This document shows positions 1 through 8,479 of a DNA stretch of 36,527 nt, piece by piece. The DNA is from Smithella sp. (GTDB taxonomy: Bacteria > Desulfobacterota > Syntrophia > Syntrophales > Smithellaceae). The stretch is taken from the NCBI GenBank assembly GCA_050011015.1, contig JBEKJX010000001.1, positions 1-36,527 on the forward strand. The letters run 5' to 3'. A program made the translations under genes and the position numbers. Positions within the stretch are counted from its first letter, which is position 1, and the number at the start of each line of letters is the position of its first letter. The notes below the pieces were generated by a model. That model saw only the letters and a program-made list of their open reading frames with translations. It was not told the DNA's origin and ran no database searches.

Positions 1-2166
1 GGCGAAATGATTTGGTTTCAGGGACTGTCCACGCCAACGCGCCAGGAAGATCAAATGGTGGTCTTTGACGGGATTTTATTGAATATCACGGAGCGCAAGC
101 AGGCGGAAGAAAATTTCCGTAAAGTTTTCATGATAGCGCCGGACTGTATAGTCATTAGCCGGTTGAGGGATGGGCTCATCATTGACGTAAACAAGGGGTA
201 TGAAGATATCGTAGGATGGAAAAGAGAGAACATCATTGGAACAAGGTCTACTGAACAGCCCTACAGGTTCTGGGTGGATATATCGGCGCGGGATATCATG
301 GTGGCAGATTTGAAAGCCGGAAGGGATGTTCTGCATCGTGAAACGGATTTTTGGCGAAGTGACGGCATTGTGCGAACCGGCATCTATTCTGCCCGCCTCA
401 TCAACATCGCCGGTGAAGAATGTCTTATTTTTGTTTTGCAGGACATCACAGAACGAAAAAATATGGAAGAAGCTCTGCGTCAGAGCGAGGAAAAATACAG
501 AAGCATTCTGGAAAATATTCAAGAAGCCTATTTTGAAGTTGATCTTGCCGGCAACTTTACCTTTTTTAATGATTCATTATGTCGGTTGACAGGAAGCTCC
601 AGACAGGAATTGACCGGTGCAAATTACAATGCATTCTCGGATAAGGAAACTTCAGAAAATGTTTTTCAGGCGTTTAGTAAAATATATAAAACAGGAGAAC
701 CCAACGAAGGATTTGATTGGCTTATTATAAGAAAGGATGGAACAAAAAGATACATTGAATCTTCCGTGTCGTTAAAAAAAGATTCATCGGGGAAGTCAAC
801 CGGGTTTAAGGGAGTCATACGCGATATAACTGAACGAAAACATATAGAGCAAGAACTCGAAAATATGGCAACCCATGATATCCTGACCGGACTGCCCAAC
901 CGTTTAATGTTCAGCCAGTTGCTTAACCACGCCATCCAGTCCGCACGGCGTTATCAAAGGCAATTTGCCGTCCTCTTCATAGATTTGGATCGCTTCAAAA
1001 TAATCAATGATACCATGGGGCATGAGGCAGGGGATCAACTTCTTCAGGAAATTGCCAATCGGTTTAGACAATCACTGCGTGGTGTCGATGTTGTCGGTCG
1101 CTTGGGAGGAGATGAATTTATTATACTGATCGAGGAAGTGAACGAATTGACTCAAATCGCAACTCTGGCCCAGAAGATACTTGCCTCCACTATGAAACCT
1201 GTGGTAATTCTCGATAAAGAATGCCGCGTAACTGCCAGCATTGGCATCAGTATATTTCCCGTAGATGGGGAAGACGACCAAACACTGATGAAAAACGCGG
1301 ATGTTGCCATGTATTTTGCCAAGGAAGAAGGTAAGAACAACTACCAATTTTACTCCAAAAACATTAGAACACTATCAACTGAGCGCATGTCTATCGAGGC
1401 AAATCTTCGTTTTGCCCTGGAACGAAAAGAATTTTTTCTGGACTATCAGGCCAGACTGGATTTTAAAACCGGTATGATAACCGGTGTTGAGGCGCTCCTG
1501 CGTTGGGAAAACCCGTACCTCGGTTCAGTCACCCCTACCCAATTCATTCCGGTGGCCGATGAAACAGGGTTGATAGTATCTATAGGCAGATGGGTGCTGA
1601 AAACAGCCTGCGCCCAAAATATGGCCTGGCATAGCCAGGGTTTGCCTCCCGTCCGCATATCGGTAAATTTGTCGCTACGTCAGCTAATGGATGATAATTT
1701 AATAGAAGATATCAAAGCCATATTGAAGGAATCCGGTATGGAGCCAAATCTTTTGGAACTGGAAATCAGTGAAAGTATGTTAATGCATAATCCTGTTCGC
1801 ATGATTTCAATTCTGACCAAAATAAAAAAAATGGGTGTCCGTCTTGCCGTTGATAATTTCGGCACGGGCTATTCTTCTCTCACTCAGATCTCTCACTTTC
1901 CTATCGATACGCTCAAAGTGGACAGATCATTCATCCGTAACATTACGCGAGATTCTGAAGACAAAGAAATAATTGAATCGATCATTAACATGGGCAAGCA
2001 CCTCAGTCTTACTGTTGTCGCTGAAGGCGTGGAAACGCAGTTACAGGATGATTTTTTGAGGAAACTCATCTGTGACGAGATGCAGGGTTTTTATTTCAGT
2101 AAACCTGTTGCGCCTGATCAATTTGCCGATCTGCTGCGTACACACAACGCCTTTTCACAAAAATAA
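1..2166 (+). CDS. PAS/PAC-PAS-PAS-GGDEF-EAL diguanylate cyclase/phosphodiesterase (5'-truncated by the window edge)
   Basis: Frame is open from base 1 and begins inside a PAC motif (GEMIWFQG...NITERK). Two further PAS/PAC repeats end in DITERK. HDILTGLPNR, DLDRFK, RGVD I-site, GRLGGDEF, EALLRW, DNFGTGYSSL, KVDRSF, AEGVET and QGFYF are present. Confidence 0.93.
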   Translation, partial: GEMIWFQGLSTPTRQEDQMVVFDGILLNITERKQAEENFRKVFMIAPDCIVISRLRDGLIIDVNKGYEDIVGWKRENIIGTRSTEQPYRFWVDISARDIMVADLKAGRDVLHRETDFWRSDGIVRTGIYSARLINIAGEECLIFVLQDITERKNMEEALRQSEEKYRSILENIQEAYFEVDLAGNFTFFNDSLCRLTGSSRQELTGANYNAFSDKETSENVFQAFSKIYKTGEPNEGFDWLIIRKDGTKRYIESSVSLKKDSSGKSTGFKGVIRDITERKHIEQELENMATHDILTGLPNRLMFSQLLNHAIQSARRYQRQFAVLFIDLDRFKIINDTMGHEAGDQLLQEIANRFRQSLRGVDVVGRLGGDEFIILIEEVNELTQIATLAQKILASTMKPVVILDKECRVTASIGISIFPVDGEDDQTLMKNADVAMYFAKEEGKNNYQFYSKNIRTLSTERMSIEANLRFALERKEFFLDYQARLDFKTGMITGVEALLRWENPYLGSVTPTQFIPVADETGLIVSIGRWVLKTACAQNMAWHSQGLPPVRISVNLSLRQLMDDNLIEDIKAILKESGMEPNLLELEISESMLMHNPVRMISILTKIKKMGVRLAVDNFGTGYSSLTQISHFPIDTLKVDRSFIRNITRDSEDKEIIESIINMGKHLSLTVVAEGVETQLQDDFLRKLICDEMQGFYFSKPVAPDQFADLLRTHNAFSQK

Positions 2167-2251
2167 ATATTGCAGCCAGTGAATTTCCTTATCTCTTGCT
2201 GCATATGAATTCCGAATGAAAGGCGCGGTAATCAAAGAATAGTGCTTTTAT

Positions 2252-3529
2252 TTAATGTGCCCACAGGCTGCGGTTTGAAGAATCGAAAGAACGCCGTTTT
2301 TGCCTGCTGCTATTTCCAGCCTTGGGAGAAAAAGGCTTTCTGTTATTATTGGGTTTAAAAACCCCTCCTCTGTCATTGCGGCGTGAAGGAGCTCCGTCGT
2401 CAACAGGCATGCTGGTAGTTAATCCGTCAACGCTGTGGTATTCGAGTTTTTCTCCGAGCACTCTTTTCAGAGAATGGGCAAGGCCGGCATCTTCTCCCGT
2501 TACAAAAGTAAGGGCATCGCCGGTTTTTGTGGCGCGTCCCGTTCGGCCGATGCGATGAGTATAGGCATCGGTAGTGGAGGGCATATCATAATTAATGACA
2601 TGGGAGATTCTTGTCACATCAATGCCGCGGGCGGCGATATCGGTCGCAACCATGATTTCGTAACGTCCGTCACGAAAACCGTCGAGTGCGTGCTGCCGTT
2701 TCTGCTGAGTTAAATTGCCATGCAGCGAAGTAACTTTGTATCCCGATTTATCCAGTTGCAGAGCTACGCTCTTGGCGCGCGATTTTGTCCGCGTAAAAAC
2801 GAGAACGGATTGCATCTCTGTTTTATCAAGAATATCTTTTAGCAGCGCCGTCTTGGCGGCCATTTGCACCGGATAAAAATGATGGGTAACGGTTTCAATT
2901 GGCGCTGTGTGGCTGATTTGAATGATCACCGGATTTTGCAGCAGATCATTGGCGAGCGATCTGATGTCCTGAGGCATGGTGGCGGAAAACAGCAATGTCT
3001 GACGATTTGCGGGAAGATGTTTCACTATTTTTCTGACATCCGGTAGAAAGCCCATATCGAACATGTGGTCGGCTTCATCGATGACCAGTACCTCTATCCG
3101 GGATAAATCAACAGTGCCACGGTTGATGTGATCCAGCAAGCGGCCGGGGCAGGCGGAGACGATTTCAACATTATCCCGCAGTCTGTTGATCTGACCATTA
3201 ATATTAACGCCGCCATAGATGGGTGAACTGCGTAGATTGGTTCGGCGTCCCAGTTGCACAATGGCTTTATGGGTTTGCTCGCTTAACTCGCGAGTTGGCG
3301 CAATAATCAGCGCGCGGATATAACCGCGCGAACCCTGCATCAGCCGCTGCAAAATCGGCAAGACAAAAGCTGCCGTTTTTCCCGTTCCTGTCTGGGCAAG
3401 CCCCATAACATCGCGGCCTTCCATAATAGGAGGGATTGATTGTGATTGAATTGGCGTTGGTATTTTGTAGCCGAGCGCCTGTACGCCCGCAAATATTTTC
3501 GCATTTAATTCGAACTTCTCAAAACTCAT
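2252..3529 (-). CDS. rhlE: DEAD-box ATP-dependent RNA helicase (RhlE-like)
   Basis: Q motif PTPIQ, AQTGTGKT, PTREL, DEAD, SAT, ARGID, HRIGRTGR and a basic C-terminal tail. Start placed at MSFEKFEL (3529) rather than the ORF-track 3565. Confidence 0.9.
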   Translation of the reverse strand: MSFEKFELNAKIFAGVQALGYKIPTPIQSQSIPPIMEGRDVMGLAQTGTGKTAAFVLPILQRLMQGSRGYIRALIIAPTRELSEQTHKAIVQLGRRTNLRSSPIYGGVNINGQINRLRDNVEIVSACPGRLLDHINRGTVDLSRIEVLVIDEADHMFDMGFLPDVRKIVKHLPANRQTLLFSATMPQDIRSLANDLLQNPVIIQISHTAPIETVTHHFYPVQMAAKTALLKDILDKTEMQSVLVFTRTKSRAKSVALQLDKSGYKVTSLHGNLTQQKRQHALDGFRDGRYEIMVATDIAARGIDVTRISHVINYDMPSTTDAYTHRIGRTGRATKTGDALTFVTGEDAGLAHSLKRVLGEKLEYHSVDGLTTSMPVDDGAPSRRNDRGGVFKPNNNRKPFSPKAGNSSRQKRRSFDSSNRSLWAH

Positions 3530-3871
3530 TTCTTCTTTTCCTTCTTTTTTCAGTATTTGTGACATTTGAATCCAGGTCTATTCGTTACGGTTGGTGAAAA
3601 CACACCGCCGCATGCCATGATTGGGAACCTGAAAAACAGGCCATAAGCATGGCGTTAAAGTTGGATTCTGTTACGATTAGCCGGATTTTCCTGCCGAAAT
3701 TTCTGAATTAGAAAGGATGGGAGGCAAATAACTATCGCGATCACTGGCAGGCTTCTACAGGTATTATTAATAAATAGCAAGGATTATCTTTTACAGAATA
3801 ATAAGCCTATATGTTGATTTCCAAATTTACTCTGGACAATTGTTTGAGTTGAGGGAACAAATCAGTTAATC

Positions 3872-5011
3872 TTACTTACTAAGATAATGCTCCAACCGGT
3901 TTAGTCCCTCTTTAATGTTTTCCAGAGAATTGGCATAAGAAAAACGCAAAAATCCCTCGCCGCCGCTGCCGAAATCGATACCGGGGGTGACGCCCACTTT
4001 AACATCTTCAATAATACGAAACGCCTCCTTGTAAGAGTCAGTGCAAAAGCGCCGCGCGTCGGCAAATACATAAAACGCGCCTGTCGGTTCGACATGGATG
4101 ACAAAACCCATATCCCTCAAACGTTCCAGCATATATAGACGGCGTTCATTGTAAATGGTCGTCATTTCGGCCACATCATTATGCGCTTTGGTGAGAGCGG
4201 CAATGCCCGCCCATTGAATAAAGCTATTGGCGGAAATCATAAAATTTTGATGAATTCGTTGCATGACGATAGTAAACTCTTTTGGAAAAATGCAATAGCC
4301 CAGACGCCAGCCGGTCATTGCGTATAATTTGGAGAAACCATTGATCACAAAAGCTTTATCGGTAAATTCCAGAATAGAATGAGCGCGGCCTTTATAGATT
4401 AAACCATGATAAATCTCGTCAGAAATAATGTATTGTTTGTCAAATTGAGCGATGTTCAGCAATTGCTCTTTATTCATTACAATTCCGGTCGGATTGGAAG
4501 GCGAATTGATCAGAATCGCCTTTGTTCGTGTGGAAAGTTTCTTTTTTATATCTTTCGGGCGATACTGAAATCCCTCTTCCGGATAAGTTTTAACATCCCT
4601 GACTTTACCGCCTGCCGCAAGGATAAAGTTTTGATAACAGGGATAGCGGGGATTGGATATTATTACTTCATCGCCGTGGTCTAAAATTGCCAGCATCGCG
4701 AAAAGCAAGGCCGGAGATGTTCCTGTTGATATCATTATCTGATTGGGAGTAATGCTGACCCCGTATTCTTTAAAATAAAAATCGCATATAGCCTGTCTGA
4801 GTTCCAGCAGGCCCAGGGCGTGGGTATAGCGGGTTTTGTTGTTTGCTAGAGCTTCGTTTGCCGCCTGCGTGATAACTTTTGGCGTGGGGAAATCAGGTTC
4901 ACCCACTTCCAGATGAATGACGTGTTCGCCCTGACGTTCCAATTCCTCGGCTTTTGCCATGACATCCATGACAATAAAAGATGTAAATTTAGACGCTCTT
5001 TTCGAACACAT
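3872..5011 (-). CDS. PLP-dependent class I/II aminotransferase (aspartate aminotransferase family)
   Basis: GEPDF, NSPSNPTG, SDEIY, GFSKLYAMTGWRLG (PLP lysine), GAFY and LRFSYA motifs. Confidence 0.93.
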   Translation of the reverse strand: MCSKRASKFTSFIVMDVMAKAEELERQGEHVIHLEVGEPDFPTPKVITQAANEALANNKTRYTHALGLLELRQAICDFYFKEYGVSITPNQIMISTGTSPALLFAMLAILDHGDEVIISNPRYPCYQNFILAAGGKVRDVKTYPEEGFQYRPKDIKKKLSTRTKAILINSPSNPTGIVMNKEQLLNIAQFDKQYIISDEIYHGLIYKGRAHSILEFTDKAFVINGFSKLYAMTGWRLGYCIFPKEFTIVMQRIHQNFMISANSFIQWAGIAALTKAHNDVAEMTTIYNERRLYMLERLRDMGFVIHVEPTGAFYVFADARRFCTDSYKEAFRIIEDVKVGVTPGIDFGSGGEGFLRFSYANSLENIKEGLNRLEHYLSK

Positions 5012-5151
5012 AAATACCCCTAATGTTTTGGCAGACTACCTCTATGGTGATTATCTAAAATTTTCAACAATTTTATTAGCTTTATGATTCCGTTTTTTGT
5101 TTTAAATGCTTTGTGAGCGTTTTGGCTTAATTATTCAAAAAAAACAAGAAT

Positions 5152-5167
5152 TGGTTCAGAACTTGCA
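5152..5167 (+). promoter_or_regulatory. Candidate sigma54 (-24/-12) promoter of the activator gene
   Basis: TGGTTCAGAACTTGCA has exact GG-N10-GC spacing and a TTGCA -12 box, but the -24 box (TGGTTC) departs from TGGCAC. Confidence 0.5.
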
Positions 5168-5204
5168 AATAAACAGCAGAATATGAAAAAACATATTGCT
5201 ATTG

Positions 5205-5218
5205 GTACAATTTTGTAC
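5205..5218. promoter_or_regulatory. Palindromic operator candidate GTACAATTTTGTAC (ACA-W4-TGT core)
   Basis: Perfect 6-bp-arm inverted repeat between the putative promoter and the activator start codon. The same core recurs upstream of the other two sigma54 promoters. Confidence 0.5.
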
Positions 5219-5249
5219 AAAAATACTTTCATGGTTAGTTGAGCTGTCT

Positions 5250-6833
5250 ATGAGCAAGACTACAAAGAAAACTTTTTCCGAGAAAGAACGCAAATTGAGT
5301 ATACATACTTATGAAGAGTTAGCCGCCCTGCACGCCATTGCCAAGATTCTGGCGCAACCGGGAGATTTGCGCGATCAGCTGGAATTAGCCCTACAGGAAA
5401 TGAGCTCACGTTTGGGTATGCAACGCGGGATGATATCCCTGATGGATCGCGAAAAAAAAGAGGCCTGGCTGGATATCGCCCATGATGTCAATATTGATGG
5501 TTTGGAAGTTTCCTACAAACCGGGAGAAGGCATTACCGGTAAAGTGGCGGAAACCGGCCGTCCAATGGCGGTGGCGAATCTGGGCAAAGAGACACATTTT
5601 CTGGATCGCACCGGCGCGCGGCGTCATCTTAACCGCGCTGAACTTTCATTTTTATGCGTTCCGATTATGTATGATGCGAACGTTGTAGGCGTTTTATCCG
5701 CCGATAAGATTGCCCAGCAAGTCGAAGACCTGGACAAGGAACTGGCCATACTCTCTTCGGTTGCCGAGTTGATGGCCAAGGCTGTCCATATCCGCGCGCT
5801 GGAGGAAGAAAACGAGCGGTTACGAAAGATTGTAGGCAGTACCCGTGCTCCTTCCTTAGACATTATCGGCCATTCCAAATCCATGCAGGAAGTATTTGGC
5901 CTTGTGGCGCAGGTTGCTGATTCTAATACAACCGTTCTGATCAACGGTGAAACCGGCACGGGGAAAGAATTAATCGCCAGCGCTATTCATAAAAACTCTC
6001 CGCGTAAAAACGGCCCGCTGGTGCAGGTTAATTGTGCCGCCATTCCCGACACTCTAATTGAAAGTGAATTGTTTGGTCATGAAAAAGGAGCGTTTACCGG
6101 AGCCCTGCATCAACGCAGAGGACGTTTTGAAGAGGCAAATGGCGGCACAATTTTTCTGGATGAAGTAGGAGAGCTTTCTGCTGCCGCGCAGGTAAAGCTA
6201 TTGCGAGTTTTACAGGAAAAGAGATTCCAACCGCTTGGATCTTCAAGAATTATAAATGTCAATGTGCGGATTATTGCCGCTACTAACAGAAATCTGGAAC
6301 AGGATATTACATCTGACCGTTTCCGTGCTGATCTGTTTTACCGTTTGAACGTATTTCCTATCTATTTACCACCGTTGCGCGAAAGAGGGAGCGATATAAT
6401 TCTTCTAGCTGACCACTTTATCTTAAAATACAGCAAGGAAATGCGGAAGAGCGTTAAAAAGATTTCAACAGCGGCAATCGAAGTATTTTTATCTCACAAA
6501 TGGCCGGGCAATGTGCGTGAACTGGAAAATTGTATTGAAAGAGCGGTATTGCTGACTAAAACAGATATGATCGATTGTATTCATCTGCCGCCTTCATTGC
6601 ATGTCAGAGAGAAAAAAACAGATAAGGTTGAACACAGCAAATTATCTTCTGTTGTTGAAGCGCAGGAACGATCATTAATTATCGATACTCTGGAAGCAAC
6701 AAGTGGTAATCAGACTAAGGCCGCAAATATTTTAGGAACAACAAAACGTATTATTCAATACAAAATCGGCAAACTTGGAATTGATCCTAAACTCTTCCGC
6801 AAAAACAATAAAACCGTCCATAAAAATGATTGA
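5250..6833 (+). CDS. NifA-subfamily sigma54-dependent transcriptional activator (GAF-AAA+-Fis HTH)
   Basis: N-terminal GAF ([12 protein letters not shown]...SFLCVPI...VGVLSAD), Walker [24 protein letters not shown], Walker [26 protein letters not shown] and C-terminal [14 protein letters not shown]. Likely ATG at 5250. Confidence 0.93.
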   Translation: MSKTTKKTFSEKERKLSIHTYEELAALHAIAKILAQPGDLRDQLELALQEMSSRLGMQRGMISLMDREKKEAWLDIAHDVNIDGLEVSYKPGEGITGKVAETGRPMAVANLGKETHFLDRTGARRHLNRAELSFLCVPIMYDANVVGVLSADKIAQQVEDLDKELAILSSVAELMAKAVHIRALEEENERLRKIVGSTRAPSLDIIGHSKSMQEVFGLVAQVADSNTTVLINGETGTGKELIASAIHKNSPRKNGPLVQVNCAAIPDTLIESELFGHEKGAFTGALHQRRGRFEEANGGTIFLDEVGELSAAAQVKLLRVLQEKRFQPLGSSRIINVNVRIIAATNRNLEQDITSDRFRADLFYRLNVFPIYLPPLRERGSDIILLADHFILKYSKEMRKSVKKISTAAIEVFLSHKWPGNVRELENCIERAVLLTKTDMIDCIHLPPSLHVREKKTDKVEHSKLSSVVEAQERSLIIDTLEATSGNQTKAANILGTTKRIIQYKIGKLGIDPKLFRKNNKTVHKND

Positions 6834-6905
6834 AATAATATTTAAGAATTATTGAAGAAACAGTATCAGGTCTTATGGTGTAGATCATTGTTTTTATTTC
6901 TAAAT

Positions 6906-6979
6906 TGAGGGATCGTCTAAAGGTAGGACAACAGGTTCTGGCCCTGTGAATCGAGGTTCGAGTCCTTGTCCCTCAGCCA
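6906..6979 (+). tRNA. tRNA-Gln (anticodon CTG)
   Basis: Acceptor stem TGAGGGA/TCCCTCA, discriminator G and encoded CCA. Anticodon arm ACAGG-TTCTGGC-CCTGT. T-loop GGTTCGAGTCC. Confidence 0.96.
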
Positions 6980-7016
6980 CACAATTCATTAACTGCTAAA
7001 TGTGCCTTTTTGATGA

Positions 7017-7271
7017 ACTGTCTTTGATTCTGCAGAGTTACCTAATTTGAAAAAAATAGACCCGCTTCTGGTTCTGGGCGGTCCGATGAGTGTAAATGAT
7101 GAGGATAAGATTCCATGGCTTGTTTCTGAAAAACAGTTCATCTGTGAAGCCATTAATTCAGGAAAACCTGTCTTGGGTATTTGTCTTGGTGCGCAACTTA
7201 TTGCAAGTGCTGCAGGCATCAGGATATACCGCAATCCCGAGAAGGAAAAACGATATTTAACATTCAATTAA
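7017..7271 (+). pseudogene. Internal fragment of a type 1 glutamine amidotransferase (GMP-synthase-like GATase1)
   Basis: Reads TVFDSAELPNLKKIDPLLVLGGPMSVNDEDKIPWL...KPVLGICLGAQLIA. In-frame TGA at 7014, no N-terminus, and it stops before the C-terminal HxE catalytic half. Confidence 0.8.
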
Positions 7272-7464
7272 ATACGGATTCTTAAAAGCTAAGGATGACT
7301 TCTTGCCTTCTTTTAAGCCGAAAAATATTCTTGTTAAATCATCTTTCGTTAATATATTAAAATTCTTAAATAATTAAGAGAACACGAATATTTCGTATTC
7401 TTGAAGGAATATTTTACAAAAATGTTTCATTAAGGGGTTACTTCATGCAAAATAATATTCAAGG

Positions 7465-7677
7465 ATAAAAAATTGTAATATCGAAATGTTTTATTATCAA
7501 AGGTGAACACTATAGATTGCCAGCACCTTCCGCCTTTGTTGCAAAAAAAGGAAAAAGAAATTGAGAAGAAAGATAAAAGTATGCTACCTTCCGCTTTCCG
7601 GAAGGCGGGAAAGATTTTGAATTGCTGAGGCTTTGGAAGAAACCGGTGGCAACCAGAAAGAAACCGTCCTCAAATAA
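7465..7677 (+). pseudogene. Frameshifted relic of the 3' end of a paralogous sigma54 activator (AAA+ tail and Fis HTH)
   Basis: Pieces in different frames: IKNCNIE (7465), NVLLSKVNTIDCQHLPPLLQKKEK (7485) and IAEALEETGGNQKET (7621). They align with [31 protein letters not shown]...[15 protein letters not shown] of the intact activator upstream. Confidence 0.75.
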
Positions 7678-7698
7678 GGATGATTGCAATGAAATAGT

Positions 7699-7737
7699 TC
7701 ATAAATGTTCTCTTTTTTTTAAAAGGAACAATTATGT
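7699..7737 (+). promoter_or_regulatory. Putative tandem enhancer (TCA-TAAA-TGT ... ACA-ATTA-TGT) for the operon
   Basis: Two WCA-W4-TGT sites 29 bp apart, about 90-130 bp upstream of the -24 GG. The same layout occurs upstream of glnA. Confidence 0.5.
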
Positions 7738-7824
7738 GCTTTTAAAAATAGAGACGGTTTTTTTTAAACAGCGTAAAGATTTAAAAATAAATGATATACA
7801 ACAATATAATTTATTTTATAAAAT

Positions 7825-7840
7825 TGGCACGACTTTGGCA
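7825..7840 (+). promoter_or_regulatory. Sigma54 (-24/-12) promoter of the mvhD-metF-glt-hdr-metV operon
   Basis: TGGCACGACTTTGGCA has the consensus TGGCACG -24 box and GG-N10-GC spacing, with an AT-rich upstream region. Confidence 0.78.
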
Positions 7841-8020
7841 AGTAACTGTGGTGCTTTGTGGTATTGAGTACAGGTAGAATCAATAACGTCGCAGAAAGCA
7901 AACGCAGGGAGTAGAAACAGGCTAAAATATTTATGTACAGATAAGTAAACCACCAAAGGGCTTTACATGTATTCGTATAGATTACCGGAATAATCCGGTA
8001 CAGATAAGTAGGTGTAAGCG

Positions 8021-8443
8021 TTGAATAATAAAATTCCTAAAATATATCTCTTCCATTGTGCAACAAGCTACGATCAAGAAGAATTGTTACGAAATTATTC
8101 CCCGCAGAATGGTGAAATTAAAATAATTTCGTTACCCTGTTCGGGAAAACTGGATATCCTGTACCTCACTAAAGCGTTTGAAACCGGTGCGGATGGTGCT
8201 GCCATTATGATATGTAAAGAAGGCGAATGCCGTTACATGGAAGGTAATATGCGCGCCAGAAAACGGGTACAGGCCATTGATGACTTACTGCAAGAAGCAG
8301 GGCTCGGAAATGGTCGGACTAAAATAATTCAGATGGGCGACGGGGGCATAACAGGGGCTGTCTATGAATTAGAAGAATTCTTACTTCAAATAAAGACAAT
8401 GGTTGAGAATTCTCCGGCTTTGCAAACATCGCACACGGAATAG
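8021..8443 (+). CDS. mvhD: MvhD/FlpD-family [2Fe-2S] subunit (divergent copy 1)
   Basis: FHC, PCSGK, KAFETGADG and CKEGECRY-EGN-RA-KRV. TTG start. Confidence 0.82.
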   Translation: MNNKIPKIYLFHCATSYDQEELLRNYSPQNGEIKIISLPCSGKLDILYLTKAFETGADGAAIMICKEGECRYMEGNMRARKRVQAIDDLLQEAGLGNGRTKIIQMGDGGITGAVYELEEFLLQIKTMVENSPALQTSHTE

Positions 8444-8479
8444 TTTTTCTTCAGTCCATAACGGTAAGGAGTACAAGGT

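Noticed and set aside
5250-6833. True nifA / nitrogen fixation locus
   Set aside because: No nif structural genes in the window and no exact TGT-N10-ACA site found upstream of the two strong sigma54 promoters, so no gene symbol was assigned.
7622-7867. 81-aa ORF
   Set aside because: It overlaps the activator relic (in another frame), the enhancer and the sigma54 promoter, and has no recognisable motif.
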